Assembly: GCA_039586795.1 (NCBI GenBank)
Contig: JBDHJS010000014.1
Coordinates: 32,001 to 96,000, forward strand
Source of the DNA: Gemmatimonadota bacterium
GTDB taxonomy: Bacteria; Gemmatimonadota; Gemmatimonadetes; Palauibacterales; KS3-K002
Reading direction: 5' to 3'
Length of the DNA stretch: 64,000 nt
Part shown: piece by piece, positions 20,898 to 30,120 of the stretch
Layout: each line of letters opens with the position of its first letter
Numbering within the stretch: position 1 is the stretch's first letter
Translations under genes and position numbers: made by a program
Notes under the pieces: generated by a model
What the model saw: only the letters and a program-made list of their open reading frames with translations
Told to the model about the DNA's origin: nothing
Databases searched by the model: none

Positions 20898-21572
20898 TTA
20901 GTCTTTTCGATCGCCGGGGCGAAGGATGGGAGACGGGCTCTCCAGGCCGCTCACCTTGTTCTGGAACGTCGAGTTCCCGAACGGCGCGGCTATGAGATCC
21001 ACGTCCTCGGGCGAAAGCTGCTGCTGCCCCGCGTCTTCCGGGTTCTCCTCTCGGGCGCGCGGGTCCTTGAACGACTCGCCCTTGATCTTCTCCTGTATCA
21101 TCAGGAGCGAATAGAGGAGGCCCTCGGGTCGCGGTGGACACCCGGGTACGTAGACGTCGACAGGCACGATCGTATCTATGCCCTGGGTCAGCGTGTACGT
21201 GTCGAACACGCCACCCGTCGAGGCGCAGGCTCCCATGCTGATACACCACTTCGGCTGCGGCATCTGGTCCCAGATTCGGCGCATCACAGGGGCCATCTTG
21301 TACGACACTCGGCCGGCTACGATCATCACGTCCGCCTGCCGGGGCGTATAGCCCATGCGCTCCATGCCGTAGCGCGCCTGGTCGTACTTCGAGGCCGCCG
21401 CCGCCATCATTTCGATCGCACAGCAAGCCGTCCCGAACGGCATCGGCCACAGGCTGCCACGCCGCGCCCAATTCACCAGATCGTCCAAACGCGCTATGAT
21501 CCAGCTGCGCGGGATCTCGGTTTCTACCTTCCGATGACCTGGATCCATGGTGTCTTTATCCGCTTTCGCCAT
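20898..21572 (-). CDS. nuoB: NADH-quinone oxidoreductase subunit B
   Basis: FGTACCAIEM, SMGACA, VPGCPPRPE. Confidence 0.97.
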   Translation of the reverse strand: MAKADKDTMDPGHRKVETEIPRSWIIARLDDLVNWARRGSLWPMPFGTACCAIEMMAAAASKYDQARYGMERMGYTPRQADVMIVAGRVSYKMAPVMRRIWDQMPQPKWCISMGACASTGGVFDTYTLTQGIDTIVPVDVYVPGCPPRPEGLLYSLLMIQEKIKGESFKDPRAREENPEDAGQQQLSPEDVDLIAAPFGNSTFQNKVSGLESPSPILRPGDRKD

Positions 21573-21627
21573 CTTCTATCCTTCACACCCCCACTACGAA
21601 TCAGCTTCAATTAACGCCCGGGCGGCC

Positions 21628-21984
21628 TCAATCCCACTCCAGTGCGCCTTTCTTCCACTCGTAGAGCAGTCCGATCACCAGGAGCGCCAGGAAGATCATG
21701 ATCGTTATGTAACCGAACAGTCCCAGCTGCTTGAACACCACTCCCCACGTGAACAGGATGACCACTTCCACGTCGAACAGCAGGAAGAGCATCGCCACCA
21801 CGTAGTACTTAACGGCGAAGCGCTCCCGCGGGCTCCCGATGGCCGGAATCCCCGACTCGTACGGCTCGCCTTTGACTTTGGTCGGCCTGTACGTGCTGAA
21901 TATCTGCGAGCCGATGACCATGATCGCAGCGACTGCCAGGCTCGCACCGAAGATCATGAGGACAGGAACGTACTCACGGAGCAT
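21628..21984 (-). CDS. nuoA: NADH-quinone oxidoreductase subunit A
   Basis: PYESG, FLLFDVE, YEWKKGALEWD. Confidence 0.97.
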   Translation of the reverse strand: MLREYVPVLMIFGASLAVAAIMVIGSQIFSTYRPTKVKGEPYESGIPAIGSPRERFAVKYYVVAMLFLLFDVEVVILFTWGVVFKQLGLFGYITIMIFLALLVIGLLYEWKKGALEWD

Positions 21985-22031
21985 CGTCTATAGCCCCCAA
22001 AAACGAGAAAAAATGCCACAGAATAGCGGCC

Positions 22032-22059
22032 ATAATAACACCGCGACCCGCGGTGTCAA
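22032..22059 (-). promoter_or_regulatory. sigma70-type promoter of nuo operon with palindromic spacer
   Basis: TTGACA (22054-22059), 16 nt spacer, TATTAT (22032-22037); inverted repeat ACACCGCG-acc-CGCGGTGT at 22038-22056. Confidence 0.6.
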
Positions 22060-22226
22060 TAGAAAATCGGCCTTGATCCGCCCTTTTGCGTAGCTATATT
22101 CGTGCCACCCACCCAGTAGAACTCGGTAGGCGGTAAGTGGCAGTCGGTGGACGGTTTGCGGAAGGGCGGCACCCTGCGCAGGACGGCCTCAGTGCACGCC
22201 GAATCAACCCCACATTCGGAGCCCAG

Positions 22227-22781
22227 ATGAGCATCAAAAGCGATCGTTGGATCCGGGAAATGGCCCGGGAGCAAGGGATGATCGAGCCCTACGAAGAGAA
22301 GCAGGTTCGCCAGGGAGTGATCTCCTACGGGGTGAGCTCCTACGGCTACGACATGAGAGTGGCGCCGCATTTCCGCATCTTCACGAACGTCAACAGCGCG
22401 ATCGTCGATCCCAAGGCGTTCGACGATCGTTCGTTCGTCGAGTACGAAGGCGATGTCTGCATCATCCCGCCCAACTCGTTCGCTCTGGCCACTTCGGTGG
22501 AGTACTTCCGCATCCCCCGAAAAGTGCTCACGATCTGTGTTGGAAAATCGACCTATGCGCGTTGCGGCATCATCACGAACGTGACGCCGTTTGAGCCCGA
22601 GTGGGAAGGCCACGTGACGCTCGAGATCTCCAACACCACCCCACTACCCGCCAAGATCTACGCCAACGAAGGCATCTGCCAGGTGCTCTTCTTCGAATCC
22701 GATGAGACTTGCGAAGTCAGCTACGCCGACAAGAAGGGCAAATATCAGAAGCAAACTGGGGTGACGCTACCAAAGCTGTAG
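22227..22781 (+). CDS. dcd: dCTP deaminase
   Basis: MSIKSDRWI start at 22227, [27 protein letters not shown]. Confidence 0.97.
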   Translation: MSIKSDRWIREMAREQGMIEPYEEKQVRQGVISYGVSSYGYDMRVAPHFRIFTNVNSAIVDPKAFDDRSFVEYEGDVCIIPPNSFALATSVEYFRIPRKVLTICVGKSTYARCGIITNVTPFEPEWEGHVTLEISNTTPLPAKIYANEGICQVLFFESDETCEVSYADKKGKYQKQTGVTLPKL

Positions 22782-22887
22782 ATTCAGTGACCACGAGATT
22801 CAGGGGTCGGGGATTCTGGGAGTTCAACGTCGATCGCCTCAATCCCAAGACCCCCGAATCACGTAATCACCGAATCACCGAATCCCG
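22781..22887. repeat. inverted array of degenerate 8-mers (GATTCRGT / AATCACCG) between convergent stops
   Basis: gattcagt-gaccacga-gattcagg...gattctgg facing aatcacgt-aatcaccg-aatcaccg-aatcccg. Confidence 0.75.
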
Positions 22888-24477
22888 TCCCATCCTCGGC
22901 CGCTCCGCCGCTTTCGCCGCCCCAAGCCCTAAACGGAACGCGACCCGCGCTTGCTGCACGGCGCCCGCAAAATCGATCCCCGGCTCGCACTCATCGCTGG
23001 GCCGATGGTAGTCTCGCTCGTAATAGCCCTCCAGCATCTCTCGCCCCCAACCCGGCATGCGACCCACGTAGTCCAGCCCGTGCTGAACGAAGACGACGGG
23101 AACGCCTCGTCGCAGAAAGCTGAACGAATCCGAGTCGCCAAAGCTTCCCCGCTCCGGCATCTGATCGGGTTCCAGCCTGAGGTTCTCAGCTCGCGCCGCG
23201 GCGATCGCCGATCTGCCTAGCCCGGACTCGACCGCTCCCAGAGCAACGACATCGGCGGTGAGTCCCCAGAGATTGGCGCCATCGATATTGATCGCCGCCA
23301 CCGTCTTCTCCAGCGGTACGAGAGGGTTCGCCACATAGTGCCTTGAGCCGAGGAACCCGGCTTCCTTGCCGGTTACGGCGAGGAAAAGGATCGAACGCGG
23401 CGGCGTCAGCGGCATGCGCGAAAACGCCTCCGCCACCGCCAGCAATGCAGCGACCCCGGACGCGTTGTCGTAGCACCCGTTGTAGATGGAGTCGGTTCCG
23501 ACCGCGGGACCGATGCCCAAGTGATCGTAGTGCGCCAGGAAGACAACGAACTCGTCGGCGAGCTCCGGGTCGCTCCCCGGAAGTGTCCCAATCACATTAT
23601 GGCTCACGGCAGGCTCCACACGATTGCTCACCTGCGCCGAGACGGCTAGCTCCAGTCGGACAGGCCGAAAGGTTTCGGAGCGTGCCGATTCGAGCAGCGT
23701 CTCGAAATCCAGGCCCGCCATGGCCACCACCTGTCGCGCGGTCCCCGGGGCCAGCCACCCCTCGAAACCCAACGCAGCCGAATCGCTCGAGTCGGGTGCG
23801 GGCCACAAGAGGGCCTCGCGATGACTACTGAGTAGAAGATCCCAACCATAGCGCGCATCTTCGGTGTGAATGACAAGAACACCGACCGCGCCTCTCTGCG
23901 CCGCCTCTTCTAGCTTATGCCTCAGTAGACCCGCGTACGTCAGCGTGTCACCCCGAAAGCGGCCTGGCGGTTCTCCCGCAAGGAGCAGCAGCACTCTCCC
24001 GGCCACATCGTTATCCCGGTAGTCATCCCACCCGTCGGTGGGTGCCGAGATTCCGTACCCGACGAACACCAGGTCACCAACGACCCGGCGCTCTTCCACC
24101 GGTTCGGACGACCACGCGATGAACTCGCTCCCCGCGCCCGCGACGTAGGCCGCGCCACCCGACGCACGAAACGAAAGGCTCACATCAGACAGAATGGATA
24201 CCATGGGGACGGGCTGCAGGTAACCGGAGTCCCCCGCCGGCTCCAGCCCCACACCTTCGAATTGGCTCGCGATGTACGAAGCGGCCAGTTCGCCGCCCGC
24301 CGATCCCGCGCCCCGCCCCTCCATCAAGTCGCCGGCAAGAAAATACGTGTGAGCTTCGAGCGTTTCCGTCGTGATGCCGCTTAGCGGTTCCGATAGATCA
24401 TCTCGCGCGCAATTGACGAGACCGAACGCCAGTAGCGCGATGAGCGCGCCCAACCGCCCAATCGCATGCCCCCCCAA
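22867..24477 (-). CDS. M28 family metallopeptidase-like lipoprotein with PA domain (start uncertain)
   Basis: Lipobox LVNC, EGRGAG..G, FVGYGI, AHYDHLG, YDNASG, YHRPSD; EE motif reads GKE. Confidence 0.88.
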   Translation of the reverse strand: MGGHAIGRLGALIALLAFGLVNCARDDLSEPLSGITTETLEAHTYFLAGDLMEGRGAGSAGGELAASYIASQFEGVGLEPAGDSGYLQPVPMVSILSDVSLSFRASGGAAYVAGAGSEFIAWSSEPVEERRVVGDLVFVGYGISAPTDGWDDYRDNDVAGRVLLLLAGEPPGRFRGDTLTYAGLLRHKLEEAAQRGAVGVLVIHTEDARYGWDLLLSSHREALLWPAPDSSDSAALGFEGWLAPGTARQVVAMAGLDFETLLESARSETFRPVRLELAVSAQVSNRVEPAVSHNVIGTLPGSDPELADEFVVFLAHYDHLGIGPAVGTDSIYNGCYDNASGVAALLAVAEAFSRMPLTPPRSILFLAVTGKEAGFLGSRHYVANPLVPLEKTVAAINIDGANLWGLTADVVALGAVESGLGRSAIAAARAENLRLEPDQMPERGSFGDSDSFSFLRRGVPVVFVQHGLDYVGRMPGWGREMLEGYYERDYHRPSDECEPGIDFAGAVQQARVAFRLGLGAAKAAERPRMGRDSVIR

Positions 24478-24481
24478 GCTC

Positions 24482-25096
24482 CTACGCGTCTGGATGGAGC
24501 TCCACCCCTTCTCCCGTAGCATCTTTGCTCTTCGCTCTCTCCACAAAGTAGCGTCGATCGCTCTCGTCGTACTCGACAAGAATGATCAACGCGCCGTACG
24601 GCAGATCATCATCTCTCGTCTTGCACATCACCATGTGCAACGTCCCGTCCTCCTCCATCACCTGCGCCCGGCCCGCTGGATACTCCGGGCTGACCTCCCG
24701 ACTAACGACACGACCCTCCCGTCCGGCCAGATCCGTCGCCCCCCAACCAACGGCTTTGATCTCCGGGAACTGCCTTTCGAACAACTTACCCGCCGAACGC
24801 GTGAGCAAAGCCGCCACGAGCAGGGTGAACATCAGGCCCGGTAAGAATCCTCTCTCTTGTGATGCCGGGAAATAGTCGTGCAGCGCTCCGTTCACCGTAA
24901 GCCCCAGCACACCGACAACTACAGCAAAGACGCGAACCAGGAGCCGCCCCGCGACCTTATGCACGTCCAGAACACGGCCCAACCCATCGCCCAAACGGGA
25001 TACGGGCCCCAGCGGCGTGAACGAGAGCACCCCCAGCACCAGGGCACCCACGTACGGCCAGTTGTACCACTGGACAAGAAAGGCGAGGTAGCTCAT
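24482..25096 (-). CDS. YqiJ/NfeD-like membrane protein with C-terminal OB-fold
   Basis: About 3 hydrophobic segments, then GREGRVVS..V....GRAQV.EEDG.LH.V...G..IILVEYD...Y.V pattern. Confidence 0.6.
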   Translation of the reverse strand: MSYLAFLVQWYNWPYVGALVLGVLSFTPLGPVSRLGDGLGRVLDVHKVAGRLLVRVFAVVVGVLGLTVNGALHDYFPASQERGFLPGLMFTLLVAALLTRSAGKLFERQFPEIKAVGWGATDLAGREGRVVSREVSPEYPAGRAQVMEEDGTLHMVMCKTRDDDLPYGALIILVEYDESDRRYFVERAKSKDATGEGVELHPDA

Positions 25097-25246
25097 GTCG
25101 GAACTTCGACTTGCGCTACCTCGACCCAGGATGAGAAAATCAATCTAAGCACTATATTTTACAACACTTTGCAGGTATCGCCTAAAGACGTACCTCACCG
25201 TCGGCCGCTCCTCGGCTACGCGGTCCGGATCCTTCTGAAATGAAAT

Positions 25247-25267
25247 GGGGCACGAAGTCCGTGCCCC
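25247..25267 (-). terminator. probable intrinsic terminator after mdh
   Basis: GGGGCACG-5nt-CGTGCCCC hairpin ~10 nt past the stop, followed by ATTTCATTTC on the minus strand. Confidence 0.6.
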
Positions 25268-25276
25268 TGTCCAGCT

Positions 25277-26209
25277 CTATAGCGTCTTGAGACGCTCCAT
25301 CGTGCTCTTGACGTGTTCAGCCGATGTCTCGAGGGCCTTCTGCTCGTCACCGGTCAGCTCGACCTCCACGATCTCCTCAACGCCACTCCTGCCCAGCTTA
25401 CACGGAACGCCAAGGTACGTGTCGCTGATTCCGAACTGGCCCTCCATCCAGGCGCAGCATGGCAGAATGCGTTTCTTGTCGAGAACGATCGCCTCGACCA
25501 TCTGTGCCACTCCCGCCGAGGGCGCGTAATAGGCGCTGCCTTCCTTCAGATACGACACGATCTCGGCTCCGCCCTTCCGCGTCCTGTCGATCATCGCATC
25601 GATCTCGTCCTGCGGCAGGAACTGTGACAACGGCACGCCAGCGATCGTCGTGTAGCGCTCCAGCGGCACCATCGTGTCGCCGTGGCCGCCGAGGACCAGG
25701 GCCTGAATGTCTTCGACGCTAACACCCAGCCGCTCCGCGATGAACATCCGATAACGGGCCGTATCCAGAACGCCCGCCATGCCAAAGACTCGACTGGGCT
25801 TGAAGCCGGTCGCTTCCTTCGCGACGTACGTCATCACGTCGAGGGGGTTGGACACGACGATGACGATCGCGTTCGGGCTCGTCGCTTTCACCTGCTCTGA
25901 CACGCTGCGTACGATCCCCGCGTTCGTCGACAGCAGATCGTCTCGGCTCATGCCCGGCTTACGCGGAATCCCCGCTGTAATTACGACTATGTCGCTGTTC
26001 GCCGTCTCGTCGTACCCATTCACCCCGACGACCCGCGTGTCGTACCCCATGACCGGGCCCGACTGATAGAGATCGAGAGCCTTCCCTTGAGGGATACCTT
26101 CGAGGATGTCAACGAGTACGACTTCGCGGGCAAGCTGCATCTCCGCCAAGCGGTGAGTCTGTGTCGCGCCGACATGCCCCGCACCGACAACCGTGATTCG
26201 CTCAACCAT
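25277..26209 (-). CDS. mdh: malate dehydrogenase (LDH-like type)
   Basis: [33 protein letters not shown]; start MVERI at 26209. Confidence 0.97.
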   Translation of the reverse strand: MVERITVVGAGHVGATQTHRLAEMQLAREVVLVDILEGIPQGKALDLYQSGPVMGYDTRVVGVNGYDETANSDIVVITAGIPRKPGMSRDDLLSTNAGIVRSVSEQVKATSPNAIVIVVSNPLDVMTYVAKEATGFKPSRVFGMAGVLDTARYRMFIAERLGVSVEDIQALVLGGHGDTMVPLERYTTIAGVPLSQFLPQDEIDAMIDRTRKGGAEIVSYLKEGSAYYAPSAGVAQMVEAIVLDKKRILPCCAWMEGQFGISDTYLGVPCKLGRSGVEEIVEVELTGDEQKALETSAEHVKSTMERLKTL

Positions 26210-26350
26210 ACGATATTCCCGCTCCCCCGCATCTCCGGCACGACCCTTCGGCGCACGAGCACCCCGGCGAAAAGAAACGCTGGCCACCGGCCGGACGGCT
26301 GCGGGTCTATTGTGATGGGGCTAGATGAGCTGATTTGGGCCAACGCGAGG

Positions 26351-26379
26351 ATTCTACTGCGTTGACTATGAAGCGGCAA
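26351..26379 (-). promoter_or_regulatory. probable mdh promoter
   Basis: TTGCCG, 17 nt spacer, TAGAAT. Confidence 0.5.
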
Positions 26380-26402
26380 GCTCTTAACGCCGTTAAAGAA
26401 GA

Positions 26403-26485
26403 GTCGACGGTAGACGGTTAGTGGTGTCAACCACAGTCTACTCGTCTACTGTCCACCGTCCACTGTCTACCGTCCACCGTCCACC
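26403..26485. repeat. inverted array of 7-mers (GTAGACG / GTCYACY) overlapping moaE stop
   Basis: gtcgacg-gtagacg facing gtctact-gtccacc-gtccact-gtctacc-gtccacc-gtccacc. Confidence 0.8.
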
Positions 26486-26898
26486 GGATACCCCTCCTGC
26501 CACTCTTCCTTCCCATCCCGATACCGCTCCCGCTTCCAGATCGGGACTTCGCGCTTCAGTCGTTCGATGATCTCACGCGAGGCCTCGTACGCGGCATCGC
26601 GATGAGCGGCCGCCACGGCGATCGCGACGCTCACATCACCTATCTCGAGATCTCCGACCCTGTGCACGGCGGCGATATCCGTCACATCGCACTGAGAGGC
26701 GACCTCTTCGCAGATCGAGCGCAGTTTGGACAGCGCCATATCGCCGTACGCCTCGTAATGCAGGCTCTCCACGTCACGCCCTTCGTGGTGGTCCCTCACG
26801 ACGCCGCTGAACGTCAGCACTGCGCCATCCGCGTTCGTCCTCACCCGACGTTCGAGAGCGGCCACATCGATAGGCTGGTTGACGATCTCGCAGTACAT
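26467..26898 (-). CDS. moaE: molybdopterin synthase catalytic subunit
   Basis: GAVLTFSGVVRD, LHYEAY, HRVG.L, LKREVPIWKRE. Confidence 0.96.
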   Translation of the reverse strand: MYCEIVNQPIDVAALERRVRTNADGAVLTFSGVVRDHHEGRDVESLHYEAYGDMALSKLRSICEEVASQCDVTDIAAVHRVGDLEIGDVSVAIAVAAAHRDAAYEASREIIERLKREVPIWKRERYRDGKEEWQEGYPVDGGR

Positions 26899-26903
26899 GC
26901 GGT

Positions 26904-27146
26904 TCAGCCTCCGGCAACCGGTGGTATGAGCGCCACCTCGTCGCCGTCTTGAAGCGTCGTGTTGTTTAGCACGTATTCCTGGTTCACCGCGACCGCCACA
27001 TTGGCTGGAACCGAATCAGCGCCTAATCGGTCACCGATCGCCTCGATCAACTGCGCGACTGTCGCGCCATCGGGTAGCTCGAACTCGGCCTGGTCCGTTC
27101 CGGCAAAGTCACGGAAGACGGCAAAGAAGAGGACTGTCACTCGCAC
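26904..27146 (-). CDS. moaD: molybdopterin synthase sulfur carrier
   Basis: VLFFA, VAVNQEY, C-terminal PPVAGG. Confidence 0.95.
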   Translation of the reverse strand: MRVTVLFFAVFRDFAGTDQAEFELPDGATVAQLIEAIGDRLGADSVPANVAVAVNQEYVLNNTTLQDGDEVALIPPVAGG

Positions 27147-27224
27147 CGGAGACTCCAGCTGGGAATTACGGATACACTACTCCCGCGAACGGGGGTAATG
27201 CTACCCATAAGATGATGTCGCGTC

Positions 27225-27497
27225 TCAGACCCCCGACGCCGGCGACTCTGTCGCGAGCATCAAGAGGAATTTGCCTATGGAGGGGTGGTAGCGGAGTGTC
27301 GAGCAGCGAACTCGCGTCTGCTCGCCATCTCGCGCGGCGTGTACCGCGAGGTGCCCACGGAAGGTCTCGAACCTGACGAAGCCTTCACCCTCTTCGACCA
27401 GCGAGCCCGAGTACCCCGAGCTCGCCTCCGTGAAGTAGTTTTTCGCCAGGCCGACAACTTCATCTGGTGACAGGGAAACCAGAGTCTCTCTTGTCAT
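27225..27497 (-). CDS. hypothetical protein
   Basis: 90-aa ORF with RBS (GAAGG) in the operon between HU and moaD. Confidence 0.7.
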   Translation of the reverse strand: MTRETLVSLSPDEVVGLAKNYFTEASSGYSGSLVEEGEGFVRFETFRGHLAVHAARDGEQTRVRCSTLRYHPSIGKFLLMLATESPASGV

Positions 27498-27560
27498 TCC
27501 TTCTACCTTCTCGAGCGGCTATCCGGCGCTTGACCGGAAAGCGGGGGAAAAGATCGAGAC

Positions 27561-27872
27561 CTACCCGTGGTAACTCTCTACCGGAATCTCCTCGCCGGCA
27601 ACCTGCGCCCTGAAGTTCTTCGAGGGCTTGAAGACTGGCACGGCGCGCGCCTCTACACGAACCGGCTCTCCGGTTCGAGGGTTCCGAGCTACTCGCGCTC
27701 TCCGGTTGCGCACCTTGAAGGTACCGAACCCACGAATTTCGATGTGGTTTCCTTCGGCAAGCGCCTGCCGGATGGCGTTCAGAAAGCCATCCACTACGGC
27801 GGCACAATCCTTCTTGGTGATACCGGGCCCGATCGCCTGTGCAACCTGTTCGACCAAATCGGCCTTGGTCAT
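27561..27872 (-). CDS. HU/IHF-beta family DNA-binding protein
   Basis: MTKADLV, IEIRGFGTF, ARNPRTGE, FKPSK. Confidence 0.95.
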   Translation of the reverse strand: MTKADLVEQVAQAIGPGITKKDCAAVVDGFLNAIRQALAEGNHIEIRGFGTFKVRNRRARVARNPRTGEPVRVEARAVPVFKPSKNFRAQVAGEEIPVESYHG

Positions 27873-27934
27873 CCCATCCTCCGAGATTCGCTAGACTGAA
27901 AAGCCCGCTGTTGAAAAAACGGTGGCAACGCTCT

Positions 27935-28882
27935 TTAGCGATGCCGCAGCAGATACATCAACCGCGGTCCCGGATCCAACCCGCCTTCAGCAAGCATGTC
28001 CATCAGGGGCTCCGCGGCGTCGCCCCCGCCCGCTATCCAGCGCACTGCTGAGGTCATCAAATCCCACCACGTCACACGGCGTCTTTCCTCCCGGATTACT
28101 GTTCGCGGCTCCGGCCCTAATCCCGCCATGTTTCCAGCTATCGCGATGGCATCGACCAAATCACCTTCTCCATCTATCAGACCGTACTCGCGCGCGAGTC
28201 GACCTGTAAGCACCCGACCATCCGCTATGGTGAGAACGGAGTCCCTCGACATTTCCCGCTCACTCTGGATCACCGTCACGAATTGGTCGTACACATCATC
28301 TACGACCTCTTGAAGCAGTCCGAGCTCCGTCTCCGTGATCTCCCGGTACGGCGAACCGATGTCCTTGTGCTCGGAGCTCTTCACCACTTCGAAACTCAGC
28401 CCAACCTTGTCGAGCAACTCCTCGTAGTTCGGGAACTCCATGATCACACCGATCGAGCCGACCAGCGAACCCGGCATCGCGAGAATCGTGTCCGCTCCCA
28501 ACGACGCGTAGTACGCTCCCGAAGCTCCGACCGCACCGATCGCCGCCACGACCGGCTTCCCTTCCTCCCTCAATTCCGCGAGCTCCCGGTACAGCATCTG
28601 CGAGGCCGCGACCTCTCCGCCCGGCGAGTTCACCCACAGCACAAAACCCTTCACCGAGGCGTCCTTCTGATACTCCCTCAGCTCACGCAGCGCCCGATTT
28701 CCCTCAGTGATCACGCCCCTGAGCGGCAGTATCGCTATTCGGTCCCGGGCGAGGACCGTGACCCCGCCTCCCGGTACGGCGGTGTAGACAACCAGGATCA
28801 GCCCTGCGGTGAACAGCGTTATGACGCCTGCCACCACCAGGACAACCCACCAACCACGGAAACTTTGTTTCCTAGCTTCCAT
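27935..28882 (-). CDS. sppA: signal peptide peptidase SppA (36K type, S49)
   Basis: N-terminal TM, NSPGG, ASGAYY, GSIGV, ADGRVLTG. Confidence 0.95.
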   Translation of the reverse strand: MEARKQSFRGWWVVLVVAGVITLFTAGLILVVYTAVPGGGVTVLARDRIAILPLRGVITEGNRALRELREYQKDASVKGFVLWVNSPGGEVAASQMLYRELAELREEGKPVVAAIGAVGASGAYYASLGADTILAMPGSLVGSIGVIMEFPNYEELLDKVGLSFEVVKSSEHKDIGSPYREITETELGLLQEVVDDVYDQFVTVIQSEREMSRDSVLTIADGRVLTGRLAREYGLIDGEGDLVDAIAIAGNMAGLGPEPRTVIREERRRVTWWDLMTSAVRWIAGGGDAAEPLMDMLAEGGLDPGPRLMYLLRHR

Positions 28883-28949
28883 TTACCAGAGGACAGGCAC
28901 TCCGATGTGCCTTCAAGGGATTAAATAACGGGGAGGAGTTGGGGGGCCT

Positions 28950-28978
28950 AAGTTAAGTAATCAGAACAAGTAAGTCAA
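28950..28978 (-). promoter_or_regulatory. probable sppA promoter overlapping carA stop
   Basis: TTGACT, 17 nt spacer, TAACTT in an AT-rich gap. Confidence 0.55.
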
Positions 28979-30120
28979 GTCGAGCCTCTCCGCTTCGCCA
29001 TCAGACCGACGAATTCATCAAACAGGTAGCGACTGTCGTGCGGTCCCGGCGCCGATTCCGGGTGATACTGAACCGCCAGCACCGGAAGTTCCTGATGGCG
29101 AACACCTTCCAGAGTTCCGTCGTTCAAATTGACGTGAGTGGCGACCAGGTCGGGGGCTCCGGGGATCTCGACGCCCTCCGCCTGGACGGCAAACCCGTGA
29201 TTCTGGGACGTTATCTCGATCCGACCGCTTGCCAGGTTGATCACCGGATGGTTCCCACCTCGGTGTCCGTAAAGGAGTTTGAAGGTTCGGGCTCCGAATC
29301 CGCGTGAGATGAGCTGGTGACCCAAGCAGATGCCGAAAACGGGAATCTCGCTCACGGCCAACGTCCGTACCAGATCGTCCACGCCGGGAACCGCCGCCGG
29401 ATCTCCCGGGCCGTTAGACAGGAAGATTCCATCCGGTTCATTGGCCAAAACCTCGTTGGCCAACGTGGTCGACGGATACACCGTCAGATCGCACCCGAGG
29501 CCCGCCAGCAGATCGAGACTTCGTCGCTTCACCCCGAAGTCGTACACACCAACTGCGAACCTCCGTTCGCCTTTCGGCGACACCGAGTAGGGTTCGGATG
29601 TGGTCACGACGTTCGTAAGGTCGAGGCCTGCCATCGACGGGTGTTTGAGCACGCGTTCGAGTATCTCGCTCTCACCCAGTTCCGCCGGACCGATCGCTGC
29701 GCGCATGGCGCCTTCCGACCGAATGTGACGTGTCAGCTTCCGCGTATCGACGCCTTCGATACAGGCGATCCCGTGGCGTTTCAGATATTCGATGAGGCTC
29801 GATTCGGCTCGCCAGTTGCTGAAGCTCGGACTCAACTCCCTGACGACGAGGCCCGCCACCCATGGACGCGTCGCCTCGTCGTCCAGCGGCGTGACGCCGT
29901 AGTTCCCGATCTGCGGAGCGGTCATCGTGACGATCTGCCCGGCGTAGGACGGGTCGGTGAGGATCTCTTGATAGCCCGCCATGCTGGTATTGAACACGAC
30001 CTCACCCGGGGCAACGTCATCATCTTTGCCGGCGAGATAGCCGTGAAAGGCCGTACCGTCCTCGAGGACCAACAACCCGCGTCGCTTCGTGAAGCGGGAG
30101 GCGTTAGCTTCTGGCGTCAT
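28975..30120 (-). CDS. carA: carbamoyl-phosphate synthase small subunit
   Basis: GEVVFNTSM.GYQE.LTDPSY, SNGPGDP, GICLGHQ, QYHPE. Confidence 0.97.
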   Translation of the reverse strand: MTPEANASRFTKRRGLLVLEDGTAFHGYLAGKDDDVAPGEVVFNTSMAGYQEILTDPSYAGQIVTMTAPQIGNYGVTPLDDEATRPWVAGLVVRELSPSFSNWRAESSLIEYLKRHGIACIEGVDTRKLTRHIRSEGAMRAAIGPAELGESEILERVLKHPSMAGLDLTNVVTTSEPYSVSPKGERRFAVGVYDFGVKRRSLDLLAGLGCDLTVYPSTTLANEVLANEPDGIFLSNGPGDPAAVPGVDDLVRTLAVSEIPVFGICLGHQLISRGFGARTFKLLYGHRGGNHPVINLASGRIEITSQNHGFAVQAEGVEIPGAPDLVATHVNLNDGTLEGVRHQELPVLAVQYHPESAPGPHDSRYLFDEFVGLMAKRRGST

